A DNA stretch of 64,000 bases. It comes from Eledone cirrhosa (Eukaryota). Within the stretch, counting starts at the first letter, position 1. The number at the start of each line of letters is the position of its first letter. The stretch is from positions 23,002,001-23,066,000 of the forward strand of contig OZ024747.1 in NCBI GenBank assembly GCA_964016885.1. Direction: 5' to 3'. This document shows, piece after piece, positions 42,016-55,601 of the stretch. A model generated the notes under the pieces. It did no database searches. It worked only from the letters and a program-made list of their open reading frames with translations, and was not told where the DNA came from. The position numbers and the translations under genes are program-made.

Positions 42016-42913
42016 ACAGTAACTTTATAAAATGGGTGGCTTTGTTTCTTAGAACCAGGGCCATTTTTGGACAAGTTGATATCAAAAGGATTAACACATG
42101 AATAAACCTGGCCACTTCTGTCAATTGGCTTGTATCCACTGCTGCAACTTTTCAAGACTACCATCTAAAAAATAAAAGATGTCTTTGTGCTTTGTGCAGT
42201 CTGATAGCTCTCCTGTCTCTTAAATTGCAGAACATTCCTAAATTAAAACTATTAATTTCATACAAACATTTATTAAACTGCACTTATGTCTAGCATTGGA
42301 ACACAACTTAACAAAGGTTCTTACATAAAATTGTGATGAGAAAGTTTTTAGATAAAAATAAACACAATGCTTTCTAATGAATACACTGCCTATGGTTTCC
42401 TATTAAGGCTGAACATAATTCTTTCTAATGTTGGCAGAAGGCTAGCAATTGTGGGGAAGGGTAAAGTTGATTATATCAACAACTAGTACTTTATTCTATT
42501 GATCCCAGCATGATGGAAGGCAAAGTTGATCTTAGTAAGATTTGAACTTAGAACATAGAAAGTTCTAACTAAATACTTCCTGATGCTCTACTGATTCTAC
42601 CAACCCACCAATAAAGAATTTGTAATATAACTAACATTCTAATTAAGGTGGTGTTTGAAACAAAATTTAATAATGGTTCTTTCATAAAATTATAATGGAA
42701 GGTTTTTAGATAATTATAACCACTTTAAAATAAACAGTTTTATATCATAGAACCGGAGGCAGATTTAGGCAGTTTGGTATCAGAAGGGTTAAAAATATTT
42801 TTTCTGTTCTCTTTTTTTTCATTTTTTTTTTTTTGGTCTTAAGTTTCTATTAGAATAAGAGGATATTGTGAGTAGGAGGTATTCTGTGTCTGAGCTAAAC
42901 AAGTTAAAACTGC

Positions 42914-43137
42914 TTAAGATGGTAATTTGAAAGCTGGCTGTGAGATTGGGTGTGGAGTTAGGTCAGTGAGAAGGTGAGATGATGCCTTTGTCATATTTAT
43001 GTTCTGGCTACTAAGCTGGATACCAGTCTGTGCACAACATGTTATAAACCTTTCAATTATAGGAGCAATAATCTGCTTTACATTAGAAGAGATAACACAA
43101 TATTTCACTAGAAAGTCACCATAACTAAAAGGCTTAG
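42914..43137 (-). other. Possible coding exon (KPFSYGDFLVKYCVISSNVKQIIAPIIERFITCCAQ...)
   Basis: Non-repetitive open frame downstream of a T-rich tract; no homolog recognised. Confidence 0.2.
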
Positions 43138-43910
43138 CTTTAACGTTCAGGATGAAATATATGACAGGAAAATTAAAAAAATATATAAATAAATAAGAAA
43201 AATAAAATAAAAGTGAAAAAAAAAAGCATACACAGCAAAAAAAAAAAATAATGTTAATCATTTATCATTGTTTCTCTTAATTGTAGAGGGAAAGAAAAAA
43301 AGTTAATAATATAAAAAAATATATATATAAGTGTAAAAAGCAGCTTGTAATGAATCCATATTGAGGCGTTGTTAGTAATAAATCAGTGGAGATGTGAAAA
43401 AGAGGTGTGGCTGCTGGAATCCCATAAAATCAAGGTATCATGCATGTCTTGTCTGAAAAACATGGTAGTTAATGGACAAATATAATAAAAAATAAAGAAC
43501 CATCACTGTCTCCACCCTCTTGCACACTTCAACCACCACTGCTACTGCTACTACTACCACCACCACTCCCCCCACTACTACTACTACTACCAGCACCACC
43601 ACTCCCCCCACTACAACTACTACCACCACCACCACTCCCCCCACTACTACTACTACTACTGCTGCTGCTGCTACTACTACTACTACTAACACATTCACAC
43701 TACTCAGTTCTTAAGAACAATTGTCTGAGATATTTTTATTGTTAACAGCACAACACTAGAACATAGAATCTCTAATTTAAATATAACAACACTCATTTGA
43801 ATCTGATACGCACACTGCTCAGAATTAATAGCTGTTCAGGGAATCTCTACATATTCTCTAGACCTGCTAGAAATAGTAGTCAGGTTTTTTTTGAATCATG
43901 CATTTTTGTC

Positions 43911-44261
43911 TTAACCCTTTAGCATTTATACCGACTGTATCTGGCCAGAATTCTCTCACCTCTTTCTGTTCAAACAGGCCGTATCTGGTCAGAATACTCT
44001 CACCTCTTTCTGCTCAAACTTGCCATATCTAGCCAGAATACTCTCACCTCTTTCTGTTCAAACTGGCCGTATCCGGTCAGAATTCTCTCACCTCTTTCAG
44101 TACAAACCAGCAGCTCATACTGATGTTAAGGTATTGTTTTCAAAATAAATAATATCAAAATTTCATAGATTCGATATTATGTGAGATAATTATGTGAGGT
44201 AAAGCCTTTGCCATGAAAATATAATAGTATATATAGAGTTATATAAATGCTAAAGGGTTAA
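43911..44261. mobile_element. piggyBac-type MITE C with a 45-bp subterminal unit expanded to 4 copies
   Basis: TTAA termini; repeated tatctggccagaattctctcacctctttctgttcaaac. Confidence 0.9.
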
Positions 44262-45769
44262 ATAAAAAAAAAAAGACACATTAGATAATCTTTTCCTACG
44301 TATCTGATAAAAGACAGGATGATCACAGTTAGAACACGAGAACATTCTTTATCGTAGGTTTGCTCAATCAGAGCTGATCTAAAGTAAAACAACAACTACA
44401 ACAACAACTACAACAACTATGATTTGGAGGTGCAGCTTAACATTATAAGATTTATTGGAAAAGTATAAGTATTTTTGTTTTTTTTAAAGTTTCTATGCTG
44501 TTGAGAGATGTGTTTCTAATATTTTGAACCTAGTTCTTTTTTCAGGGAGAGTGAAAAGTTTTTCTTTGTTCTTAGTCTTTGAGAGTGTGTAAATAGCAAC
44601 TGAGTCAAAAACATTGGAAACTCTTCTCCCAGCAGTGTATGAACTTAAAAGAAAACTTATCTCTTACAAATAAAAACAATTTTTGTAAATGCAGATCACC
44701 ATTAGTTTAAAAGAATTTTGTTTTTTTCATAAATTATAAGTGAATGTTTTTGTGAGGTTGTGTAGAGAAGTGTTTCAATTTTACATAGAGAAAAATAAGC
44801 TTTCTCCGAACTTGACTTTCTGTAAAAATACCATATAAAGGAGGATGTCTTCATTGATGTCCTCACAATTCAATGAGCTATGTATCACTAGGAATATCAT
44901 TTGTTTTGATCTTTTCATGGCAGCTTCTCAACATCTATAGATAGCATAACAGAATTCAATTGACAAAATCCTAGACTTCATTCACTTACTGAGTGGGGAT
45001 GGAACTCGTCAAGTTGGACCAATCAAGGAAACAATGTTTCCACTGGTCTTTCCATTGCTTATATACTATCTATCAGTCGCAAATTCTGTCAGGCCATACA
45101 TTGCATTTTTTACCTTAATAAAATTATGATAGGAGGTCTTAAGATAAATATGACCATTTTTAAGCAAGCAGTTTTATAGCATACAACCAGATGCAGTTTC
45201 AAGTAGGTTAGTATCAAAAGGGTTAAATAAGATAAAGCCTTTACTGCAAAAATACAATAGTAAATATAGAGTAATGTAAATACTAAAGGGTTAATAATAA
45301 AAAAAATTAAAAAAATAACAAAAAAGATTAGTAAAACCTGTAAATTACCAGCTGAGAGATTTAAGTAACTCTAGTGTCAACACAAACCTGTTGACCATCA
45401 TACTTGTAATAAGTAAATATTTCAGGCTTTACAAACTCACACCTCTCTAATACATTAGTCTTAGTTAAAAATATATAAATTCTAAAAAAAAAAAACGAAA
45501 ATCTCAGCCTGTGTTACAAAGTGTTAATCCATTTGGTGTTAATTTCACTTTATTTACTTCTAATGATCAAACAATTTCAACAGCAATAATTCACATTTTA
45601 ACGATGAGTGTTAATTCCATTAATTAATAATGTATTTGTCTATGTGTGTGTGTGTGTATGAGGGCATGGATATAAGAGGGAGAGGGGGTGTAGGTGAAGA
45701 GAGAGGGAGATAGGTGGAGAGAGAGGAGAGAGATAGGTAGAGAGAGAGAAAAAGAAAGAAAGAGGAGGA

Positions 45770-45803
<34 letters not shown>

Positions 45804-45963
45804 TACTGATACCTTTCTCAAGTGTTCTAATGAAATCTTTACTGTCAATAATGTATATTTTTCATAAAAGCACCTCTCCTTAAAAACTTTTGACATTTTC
45901 AAGAGCAACATTAGACACTAGGACGACATTTAATTATTCTGTCACTGTATATCTGATCTACAC

Positions 45964-46182
45964 CAGGCATATCAAACATGAGGCTCGTGGGGCGCATGCG
46001 GCCCTTTGCAAGCACACCTGTGGCCCACACAAAGGTGTTTACAGTGCTAGCATGTTTTATCTTCGTAATATAAAATTAAAAAAAATTAGTTGTAATGTGT
46101 GCAGTTTGTTGTTATGTGTGGCCCTCAGACAACACATATGTGACCCATGTGGGTCTTGGGGACCCTCAGTTTAACATGCCTG
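45964..46182. mobile_element. hAT (Charlie/MER5-like) MITE
   Basis: caggcatatcaaac / gtttaacatgcctg TIRs; ggccc motifs; TSD atctacac/ctctacag. Confidence 0.75.
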
Positions 46183-47272
46183 CTCTACAGACATGTGGTT
46201 AGCTTCTGGAAAACCATGCATGTGATGCAGTTTCAATTCCAAGGTTGAGCCATTGCATTGAACCTACTCCTCATACTTCTCTTTCTGGGTGATAGTTGAC
46301 TCTTTTCACTCACAATGTGACCTCTCTATGTGGCACAAAAAAAAACATAAAAATAAGGACTAAGACATTTGCAATCAAACAATGCTTCAAATGTTTTCCT
46401 CCCAACACCAACCCCTCCACTCTACCATGGACTATTATATATTTTGTCCTATGCTCTATTGCTTTCAGTAATTAACTGTCTCTAAATTGATCTACAGGGT
46501 GGGTGGAAAGAAACTTCATATTTAAAGTTGTTTATAATTTTATTAATTATTAGTTGATTTTCATAAAACATGTTTTATTTGAAACAATATAATGGTAGAA
46601 ATACAGTGTTAAAATTTTACATAGGCACCAGTGTTGTCCACCAGTGTTGCCCACCAGTGTTGTCCACCAGTGTTGCCCACCAGTGTTTGTCCATGACTGA
46701 CTTCATCAGGAACTCAGGCACTATGTTGGTCAGTACTTGAGGAGTGTGTTCCTCTAACTGAGTCATAATCAAGCATACCTCTTGTAAATGGCATTCAAGC
46801 CATGACCATTCTATCTTTTTGTATATCCAGGACTACATTTCTAATGTTTTTTAACCTTTACTGGCTAGGTATGATATAAGGGAAATTTGGGTGCCATTTT
46901 TAGCAGGCTGAGCAAGCATGTAGAGGCTCCATCATTTCTAGCTGGATAAGTAACCTTGAACAGACTTCTTAATTGGCTTCAAGCTGGTGATATTGTATAA
47001 ATTGGTTAGTGAAAAAACTCAGTAGATGCAATAAATTGCATTTCCTTTGAATTAATTTTATTCTAGTCAGGTTATTTTCTAGCAGTTTAAGAATCCAGAA
47101 GTATATTTGCATTGTGTGTGTTGTACTGAAAAGAACATGCATTCTCATGCTTAAAATTGTTAATTAATGTGTGTTCACACACATACACACACATATATAT
47201 ATATAAATATATACTTACATATATTATATATGTACATACATATTATATATATATATATATATATATGTATAC

Positions 47273-47346
<74 letters not shown>

Positions 47347-47705
47347 TATATACATATATACATATATATATAGAGAGAGAAGGTGGAATTGGAAATAGCA
47401 CGGAACATATATTTTAGGGCCTGTTTTTCTTTTTTTCCTTTCTTTGATTCGTCAAAGGGACATTATTGAAAAAAATGAGAGGGACAATTCTTTTAAAAAA
47501 GAGTTGTATAATGTATATAAAGTATATAAAGTATATAAAGTATATAAAATATAACCGGTTTTTATGCATTAACAAAATTCATCTCATCAAATGTTGAGTA
47601 TAACAATTATATAGGATTAACAAGAATTAAAAACTAAAAATTAACGATTTAATATTAAATGTTGAGGTAAGTTTTTTTCATCTTCCTTGTTGAGAAGGAG
47701 ACTGG

Positions 47706-47797
<92 letters not shown>

Positions 47798-47801
<4 letters not shown>

Positions 47802-48140
47802 AGGCACATGGCTTAGTGGTTAGAGCATTGGCCTTGCAATCGAAAGGTTGTGAGTTCAATTCTCAGACCGGGTGGTGTGTTGTTTCCTTGAGCAAGACAC
47901 TTTATTTCACATTGCTCCAGTTTACTCAGCTGTAGAAATGAGATGATAGGACTGGGGTCCCTATCATTCCACTGCAAAGTGGTTGTGGAGGTGTCACAGC
48001 AAAAAAGCACCCAGCACTCACTGTAAATGAGGTTGGTGTTAGGAAGGGCATCCAGCTGTAGAAATCAAGCCAGAATCAGTTCCCGTCCCACCCTTGCAAC
48101 AGGGAAAAGCGGGCGTAAAATGAAATGAAATGAAATGAAA
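47798..48140 (+). mobile_element. tRNA-derived SINE family B, full length
   Basis: A-box tggcttagtgg, B-box gagttcaattc, ccttgagcaagacacttt, aggaagggcatccagctgtag, (GAAAT)n tail. Confidence 0.9.
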
Positions 48141-48142
48141 AA

Positions 48143-48185
<43 letters not shown>

Positions 48186-48270
48186 TATATATATATATGT
48201 GTGTGTGTTAGGTAATTCCGAAGAAAAAGCAAAGGAAAAAAGAGTGCTCTATGTATAGAACAGAGCTATT

Positions 48271-48478
48271 TAATTAGAAAGTGAACAACACAATATATAA
48301 CTACGCCATTACCAAACGTTTCAGGATCCCAGACAATATTAATATATGTCTGGATCGTTCATCAGACAGAGATGGGATAACATCTCTGTCTGATGAATGA
48401 TCCAGATGTATATTAATATTGTCTGGGATCCAGAAACTGTTGGTAATGGAGTAGTTATATATTGTGTTATTCACTTTC

Positions 48479-48484
<6 letters not shown>
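48271..48484. repeat. Fold-back palindrome, 104-bp arms, 6-nt loop
   Basis: ...ttcatcagacagagatg-ggataa-catctctgtctgatgaa...; about 8 mismatches. Confidence 0.95.
48384..48442 (+). ncRNA. Hammerhead-like motif (mirror copy on - strand, about 48313-48371)
   Basis: CTGATGA 48390-96; helix II gatccaga..tctgggatc; GAAAC 48433-37; helix I poor. Confidence 0.5.
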
Positions 48485-48534
<50 letters not shown>

Positions 48535-48943
48535 TATATAATTGAAACAATCATAAAATTGTGTAACACTGCAACCAAATATCAAAAGAGGTTTAAAATT
48601 TCTGGTGTGCATTTCTCTAGTGTGTCAGACATTCCAAGAGCATGCTTATTTAAAACGCACATATACATAACACAGACATGTACACAAGACACATACATGT
48701 ACACAACACATTCACTCACACACACACATATATGTATATCAAGTGAAAATTTAAAAGCCTGATGAGATGATAATCTTACCATTACATCATTAAAATAGTA
48801 TGACATTGCCAGGGTGGCATAGGAACTGTGTCAGTCTTCTACTAAAACAATGTCTCTAGTTAATCGCTACTAAATAAAAATAAATACACAAGCCAAGGAT
48901 TGAAATTTTCAAAAAATCTCACTGCTCTCTATAAACTATAGTA

Positions 48944-49460
48944 ATGGTTTCTACTTTTAGCACAAGGCCAGCAATTATCCCAGTGCATTACTGGTACTTT
49001 ATTTTATCGACCATGTAAGGATGAAAGGCAAAGTTAGCCTTGATGGGATTTCAACCAGACCGCAAAGGGCCGTAACTCTATGCCGCAAAGCATGGTGTCT
49101 GACCCTCTACCGATACTGCCAATCCACATAATAAGGCCAGCAATTTTGGGGAAGGGGAAAGTGCATGACTGGTACTTTATTTTATCGACCATGTAAGGAT
49201 GAAAGGCAAAGCTAACCTTGGCAGGATTTGAACTTAGAACGTAAAGGGCCGTAACTCAATGCCGAGAAGCATGGTGTCTGATGCTCTGCCAATACACCAA
49301 ATATAATGATGTTGATGAAGGCATCAAACTGGCGCAGTTGTTACAACATTGGTTAGAATGCTTTGAGGGATTTATTCTGTCTCTCTGTGCTCTGAGATTA
49401 AATCTTACTAAGCTCAACTTTGCCTTTCATACTTTCAAGGTTGATAGATAAAGTATTAGT
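48944..49460. mobile_element. Cluster of three SINE family A copies
   Basis: Two - strand copies (48944-49127, 49133-49297) and an older + copy (about 49325-49460). Confidence 0.8.
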
Positions 49461-50029
49461 CCAGTCTGGGTTTGATTCTTTTTCTATATCACGTTTTCTC
49501 TATCATTCTCTCTCCTTCTCTAGAAGAAATCAGCTGTGTTCAGACCTGGAGAGAGATAGACTCTACTATGTTCCAACTTCACAATGCATGTTGTATGTGA
49601 CTACAGTGCCCCTATGACTCCATCAGGAGTTACAGGTCCATATATACAATGTTGTTGATGGTAGCCTATCCTGAATAACTAACCACTATCTAACTGTGGT
49701 GGTAATTTGCTCTAAATAGCAAGCCAATAGCTTGGCCTAAGTATAAAAATACAAATGAAATACAAATACAAATGTGTGTTTGTTGGAATTCCATTGGTTC
49801 TATGAGAGTTCCAGATGATTTGATCAATGGAAAAGTTCGCTAGTGAAATTAATGTGTATGTATTTGAGCATTTCACAGACATGTATACCCTTAATAGTTT
49901 TCATTCAATGTTGCTGGGAATTGAAATCATGATCTTATGTGTCCCTAACCACTAAGACACACATGACAGGCCTTCTACTGCACTAACACACTCTGTGACA
50001 CAACAAGATCAACATTATATTTTATTTAT

Positions 50030-50585
50030 TTACGTTATTGTTCAGGTTGGTGATCTTATGGTAGAACCCATGCCAGCATGGAAGGAAGCTGAGCTTTCTA
50101 CTCCCTCAACCAATTGTTCAACCCATGCCAGCATGGAAAATCAAGAACACTTCACAATATACCACCAGATGCAACTCTCTTCTAGGCCACCACCACGACC
50201 TGATGTTTCCTCTCCCACAATGGTATGATCTCCCAACTCCTAACAATGCCTCCTCAGTATGGGTGCCATCATAAAAATGAACCCAGCCCTCTCTGTAAAG
50301 CAGTAATGCTGGTTCCATGACAAAAAGCACCCAGCCCGTCCTGTAAGGTGGTAGTGCTGAAGACACAATAAATTGCTCTCAGTACATATATAAAGTGATT
50401 GGCATTAGGAAGGGCATCCAGTTGTAAAAACATGCTCCCAGTACACATTGTAAAGTAATTGGGGATATGAGATAGACACAATCACCTGATCTGTTTGACT
50501 TCAGTATGCAACAGCCAGTCTAACTCATACAAACATGGAAAATAGATGTAAAACGGTGATGATGATGATGATGATGATGATGATA
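50030..50585 (+). mobile_element. SINE B/RTE-tail fragments with (GAT)n tail
   Basis: aaaaagcacccag, ttaggaagggcatccagttgtaaaa, catggaaaatagatgtaaaacggtgatgat. Confidence 0.65.
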
Positions 50586-51262
50586 TACCCTCTCTAATTA
50601 TTTTAGACTTTAGTTTTCTTTCTTCAGCAGTAAATTGTTTGGAATCCCTTCATAAACAAGTAAACTATCCATCTGTCGTTGGATGCCCAAGTATAAACTT
50701 TAACTCTTTTGATATAAACCCACCAGAAACCATCTCTGGTTCTACATTACAAAACTTTTTGTTTTAAAATGTTTATATTTATCTAAAAAACAAAACAAAA
50801 AAACAAACTTCCATCCAGCTTCATAAAAAGAAAGTTATTTTACTAAATCCCTCTGAATTCTTGAGGATTTTCAAAATGGCTTGAAAATTATAAGCAGAAA
50901 TATGGTTATGAAAAGGTGAAGAATAGTTGGTTGTAATTTGAAGGAAACTTAGTTATGATTTCCAGCAAGTACATGTTGTTTAGCCATGGATTAGCTCTGA
51001 TTGAACAAACCTATCAGCCAAAGCATTCTAGCCATGACCATCCAATCTGTTTTTTTTTAGGCATAGTACAGTTAAGATTTGTTTAATTAATGCTCTCTTC
51101 CTTTTCTTTTATTTAGAAAGTAGAGCGTGATATGAGTGATATTTAACTGCTATTTCTTGCAGGCCGATTGCCCTTGTAGAGGTTTCCTCGTTCAGTTAGA
51201 GACAGCAGAATTACAGAACTATAGATATGTAAGGCTGGGCTTAGGTTACACACACACACGTA

Positions 51263-51307
<45 letters not shown>

Positions 51308-52859
51308 GCACGCACGCACGCACGCACCACGCACGCACCACGCACGCACGCACGCACACACACACATATTATATATCGAGAGAGAAGTTTACAGGTCTTC
51401 ATACATCTATCTATTAAAGTAAATAAACGTTTTAAGGATGGTTATTCTAAATTATGATTCGTGGCTGAAAGTTTCAATTTGTGGATTTCGGTTCTGTATT
51501 CATATTTGTAGAAAAGCATCTCACTTCCTATATTGTTTTTGTGAGTAATTAAAGGATAATTTCTTATTTCCGATATGAAACTACCTCATACTAGCACGCG
51601 GGTCGCACATTTCCGTAAACAAATACGTGAAATGGGAATACCAAAACTGATTGTTCATTTTTACTTATTTTTACATATTTTACAAACTTTAATTAACTTA
51701 ATTAATTACAGGGAGCACTAGAAGTGTTTCAAATTAGCCAAAAACTTTCCGTAAAAAAGGAATTTAAGAAAGTATGTAAAAAGAAAGAGATGTTTTCTTT
51801 AAAATATATTTGGTAAAACATTATAATAACGCGAAAAGTTTCTCCCTCCCTTTTAGATTGATGTTAAAATTAATTAGATAATTAAAAATCTTATCAAATC
51901 AATGTCGATTTGGAGATTAACTAATTAACTTTTATAGTTCTTTTTTCCTGCAAGTTAAACAGATTGATTAAGAAAACTTGACAGAAGTGTTTAGTGTTTA
52001 TATATTTGTAAATTGTTTTGAGGATCAATAAATTAATCCTCGATTTCGTTTAGCAATTAGGTAATAATAATTAAAGGTGAGTTTCAGAAATACAAAAAAA
52101 AAAAAAAAAAAAAAATTAACATGGAATATTTTCGTTTGATTTTTATTGTTTAATAATTTATATATTTGCAAAATTATCTCTTTTATAAAGAAAGGAAAGC
52201 GCAAGAAATTAATATTTTCTCCGAAAAAAAAAAGTTTCCTTCCTTGGCACAAGGTCAGCAACGTGAAGGAGAGAAGGGAAATTTGATTAAATCGATACCG
52301 GTGCCTAAAAAATTTTTGGCAGGAAGATGGGTCCTGCCTGGTCAACGGGGCCCTCTGCTTAAGCACACCTAAGTACAATGGTAAATCCGGCACTGTCTCC
52401 TACCTTTTAAATTGCTGGCCTTGTGCCAAAGGTGGAAACAGTTATTATTATTACTATCATTCCTTTATTTATAAAAGAGATAATCTTGAAAATATATCAA
52501 TTTAGACCCCCACCAAAAAAAAAAAAACAAAAGAAAAAACAAACAAAAAACACCGACTTTCGGTAACTAGCTTGCTGGCCGGCGACACGAACAAAAACAA
52601 AAGAAAAAAACGAACAGCTTGCAGAAATGAGTAAGAACTAATAGTCATTTGTCTCGGATATGACACTATAGCATGTGCTGCAGTTTGTTTACAGACACAC
52701 CTCGCATATGAGGTCGTATTGACAGCGAAGTAAGGAGGAGAAGACAACAAGGAGGATCAACAGCCCACTTGCGAGTTGGCTCACCACTTTAACTAATGAA
52801 ACTTGTCGATCATTCAACTATTTTTCACACAAGAAGATAATCTCTTTGATGTCGACTTG

Positions 52860-53340
52860 TTTCCCCGCCAGCTTAACTGCCATCAATCATCCAATGATTG
52901 TCTGCTCAGCTATCAGTGACGTCATCACGCGCCGCTGACATGAACCAATCGCTGCAGTCTTCGTCGCCATCCCCTTTCAGGGCAAGCGAGTGCATCATGG
53001 CATCTCTCTGATTGTTGAATATTAACTAGTCGGGGCATTTCCGCATCAATCTCTTTTCCGAGTTCGTTAACCGGCGTAACCAGAAAGCGAACAGATCGTC
53101 CAACGACTATCTTCGGCGGCTTTTCATTGTCAGCCAGACGCTTTGCCACAAATTATTATTTTTTTCCTGTATTTACGTCGGCAGCAAGAACACGCTCGCT
53201 CCTTCAACGTCTTCTACAGGGCGGTTTTCTTTTTCTTTCTATCCGTTTGATGGAGTTTACGACGACGTGGATATTTGCCAACGACGCACTAACAGCAGCA
53301 CGTGTTTGACACATCTATTCAGTCCTTTCAAAAAAAGTAG
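52860..53340 (+). promoter_or_regulatory. CpG-rich promoter-like region with a putative non-coding first exon
   Basis: Perfect CRE TGACGTCA 52917-24 between CCAAT boxes at 52891 and 52945; locally high CpG in unique sequence; possible donor AG|GTAGAT at 53340/41. Confidence 0.55.
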
Positions 53341-53574
53341 GTAGATTTTTTTTCTATTCAATTCACAGCTGAAATATCTTTAGAAAATCTGCGAACAATT
53401 AACTCCTTATCATTATTATTATATATTTTTATTATTATTTATTATTATTTATTTTATTTCCCTCACCTTATTTATTCCTCCCCCTCCATTAACTATTTTT
53501 TTTACGGCAGACCAAAAGAAAAGTTATAATTTTACTGAAACACACACGCACATATAAATAAATGCACACAAGCA

Positions 53575-53631
<57 letters not shown>

Positions 53632-53754
53632 AGAATGACTATATACAAAAATAAATATGTATATATAGACGTATGCACACACACACACACCTCTCTCTTG
53701 ATCTCTCCTTATCTCTCTCTCTCGATCTCTCCCAATCTCTCTCTCTCTCTCTAA

Positions 53755-53787
<33 letters not shown>

Positions 53788-54053
53788 TACACACACGCAA
53801 CATTTTAAGTCCGCTTTACCGTGCTAACATATATATATATATATTTACATATATATATATATATACATACGTATTGTGCGCGTATTTCTAGGCAAACTCA
53901 CACACACACCCATATATGTATATATATACATATATATACATAGATATAGTTCAAGACGAATACAGAGTTGCAACAATACAAAATCTTATAAGTTTCACGC
54001 TTGTTATATATAGTTACAACCACACATAGAACTATGAATGCATAAATAAATAA

Positions 54054-54117
<64 letters not shown>

Positions 54118-54119
<2 letters not shown>

Positions 54120-54456
54120 GATATTAATAAATGGAAACTATATTTATAAAACCATATTTATTTCATTTTACATATTTCAGGGATACCAAATTAAATTATG
54201 GTATGCCTTCATCAGACAAAATACAATATATAACAGTTTTACAAATAAGCTTTGACGTACCCTTTTAAAATGCAACCATTATTTTTGGAAGCCAATGGTT
54301 GCATTTTAAAAGGGTACGTCAAAGCTTATTTGTAAAACTGTTATATATTGTATTTTGTCTGATGAAGGCATACCATAATTTAATTTGGTATCCCTGAAAT
54401 ATGTATAATGAAATAAATATGGTTTTATAAATATAGTTTCCATTTATTAATATCGT
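54118..54456. repeat. Fold-back palindrome, 163-bp arms, 13-nt loop, one mismatch
   Basis: Full arm comparison done by eye. Confidence 0.97.
54351..54415 (+). ncRNA. Minimal hammerhead motif (mirror copy on - strand, 54159-54223)
   Basis: CTGATGA 54359-65; helix II aggcatacca-taatttaatt-tggtatccct; GAAA 54396-99; TATG-TA; helix I weak. Confidence 0.55.
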
Positions 54457-54859
54457 ATATCTACTCCAAATACTTGTCGAGTGCTTTATATCAGTTATAA
54501 AAATATTTACTTGTATCCCAACAATTTTAAATAGAACTTTTGCATATATATATATATATATTATAGTTGGGTATGCAAACGAAAGAGCAATCAGCACATT
54601 AGGTGAAAGTTGAGTATGTATATTAACAGTTTCACATAACTCTGCACTACCAAAGGTTTCAAGACGAGAATTCGACTAAATTTTCAGGTGCGCCTAAAGA
54701 TCTCTGCGTGTTTTGAAACCGCTGGTTGTGCTGAGTTAAGTAAGTAACACTATGTTTATATGTGTGTATAGCTACACATATATATATATATTTATACACG
54801 TGTTTATATATGTGTATAGTTATATATATCTATATACATAACTGTGTTATCCATATATA

Positions 54860-54880
54860 CATGTATATATATATATGATC

Positions 54881-54939
<59 letters not shown>

Positions 54940-55572
54940 CATGTATATATATATATATATGATCATGTATATATATATATATATATATGATCATGTATAT
55001 ATATATATATATGATCATGTATATATATATATATATGATCATGTATATATATATATATATATATGATCATGTATATATATATATATATATATATGATCAT
55101 GTATATATATATATATATATATGATCATGTATATATATATATATATATATGATCATGTATATATATATATATATGATCATGTATATATATATATATATAT
55201 ATGATCATGTATATATATATATATATACATGATCATATATATATATACACATGATCATATATATATATATATATGATCATGTATATATATATATGATCAT
55301 GTATATATATACATGATCATATATATATATACACATGATCATGTATATATATATATATGATCATGTATATATATATATATATATATGATCATGTATATAT
55401 ATATATGATCATGTATATATATATATATATGATCATGTATATATATATATGATCATGTATATATATATATATATATATGATCATGTATATATATATATGA
55501 TCATGTATATATATATATATATGATCATGTATATATATGATCATGTATATATATATATATATATGATCATGT
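54860..55572. repeat. Minisatellite of ATGATCATG cores separated by variable (TA)n
   Basis: About 30 cores directly visible. Confidence 0.95.
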
Positions 55573-55601
55573 TTATAGATATATATATATGTGTGTATAT
55601 G

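Noticed and set aside
47798-47870. tRNA gene
   Set aside because: tRNA-like head continues into a SINE body and tail; no complete cloverleaf
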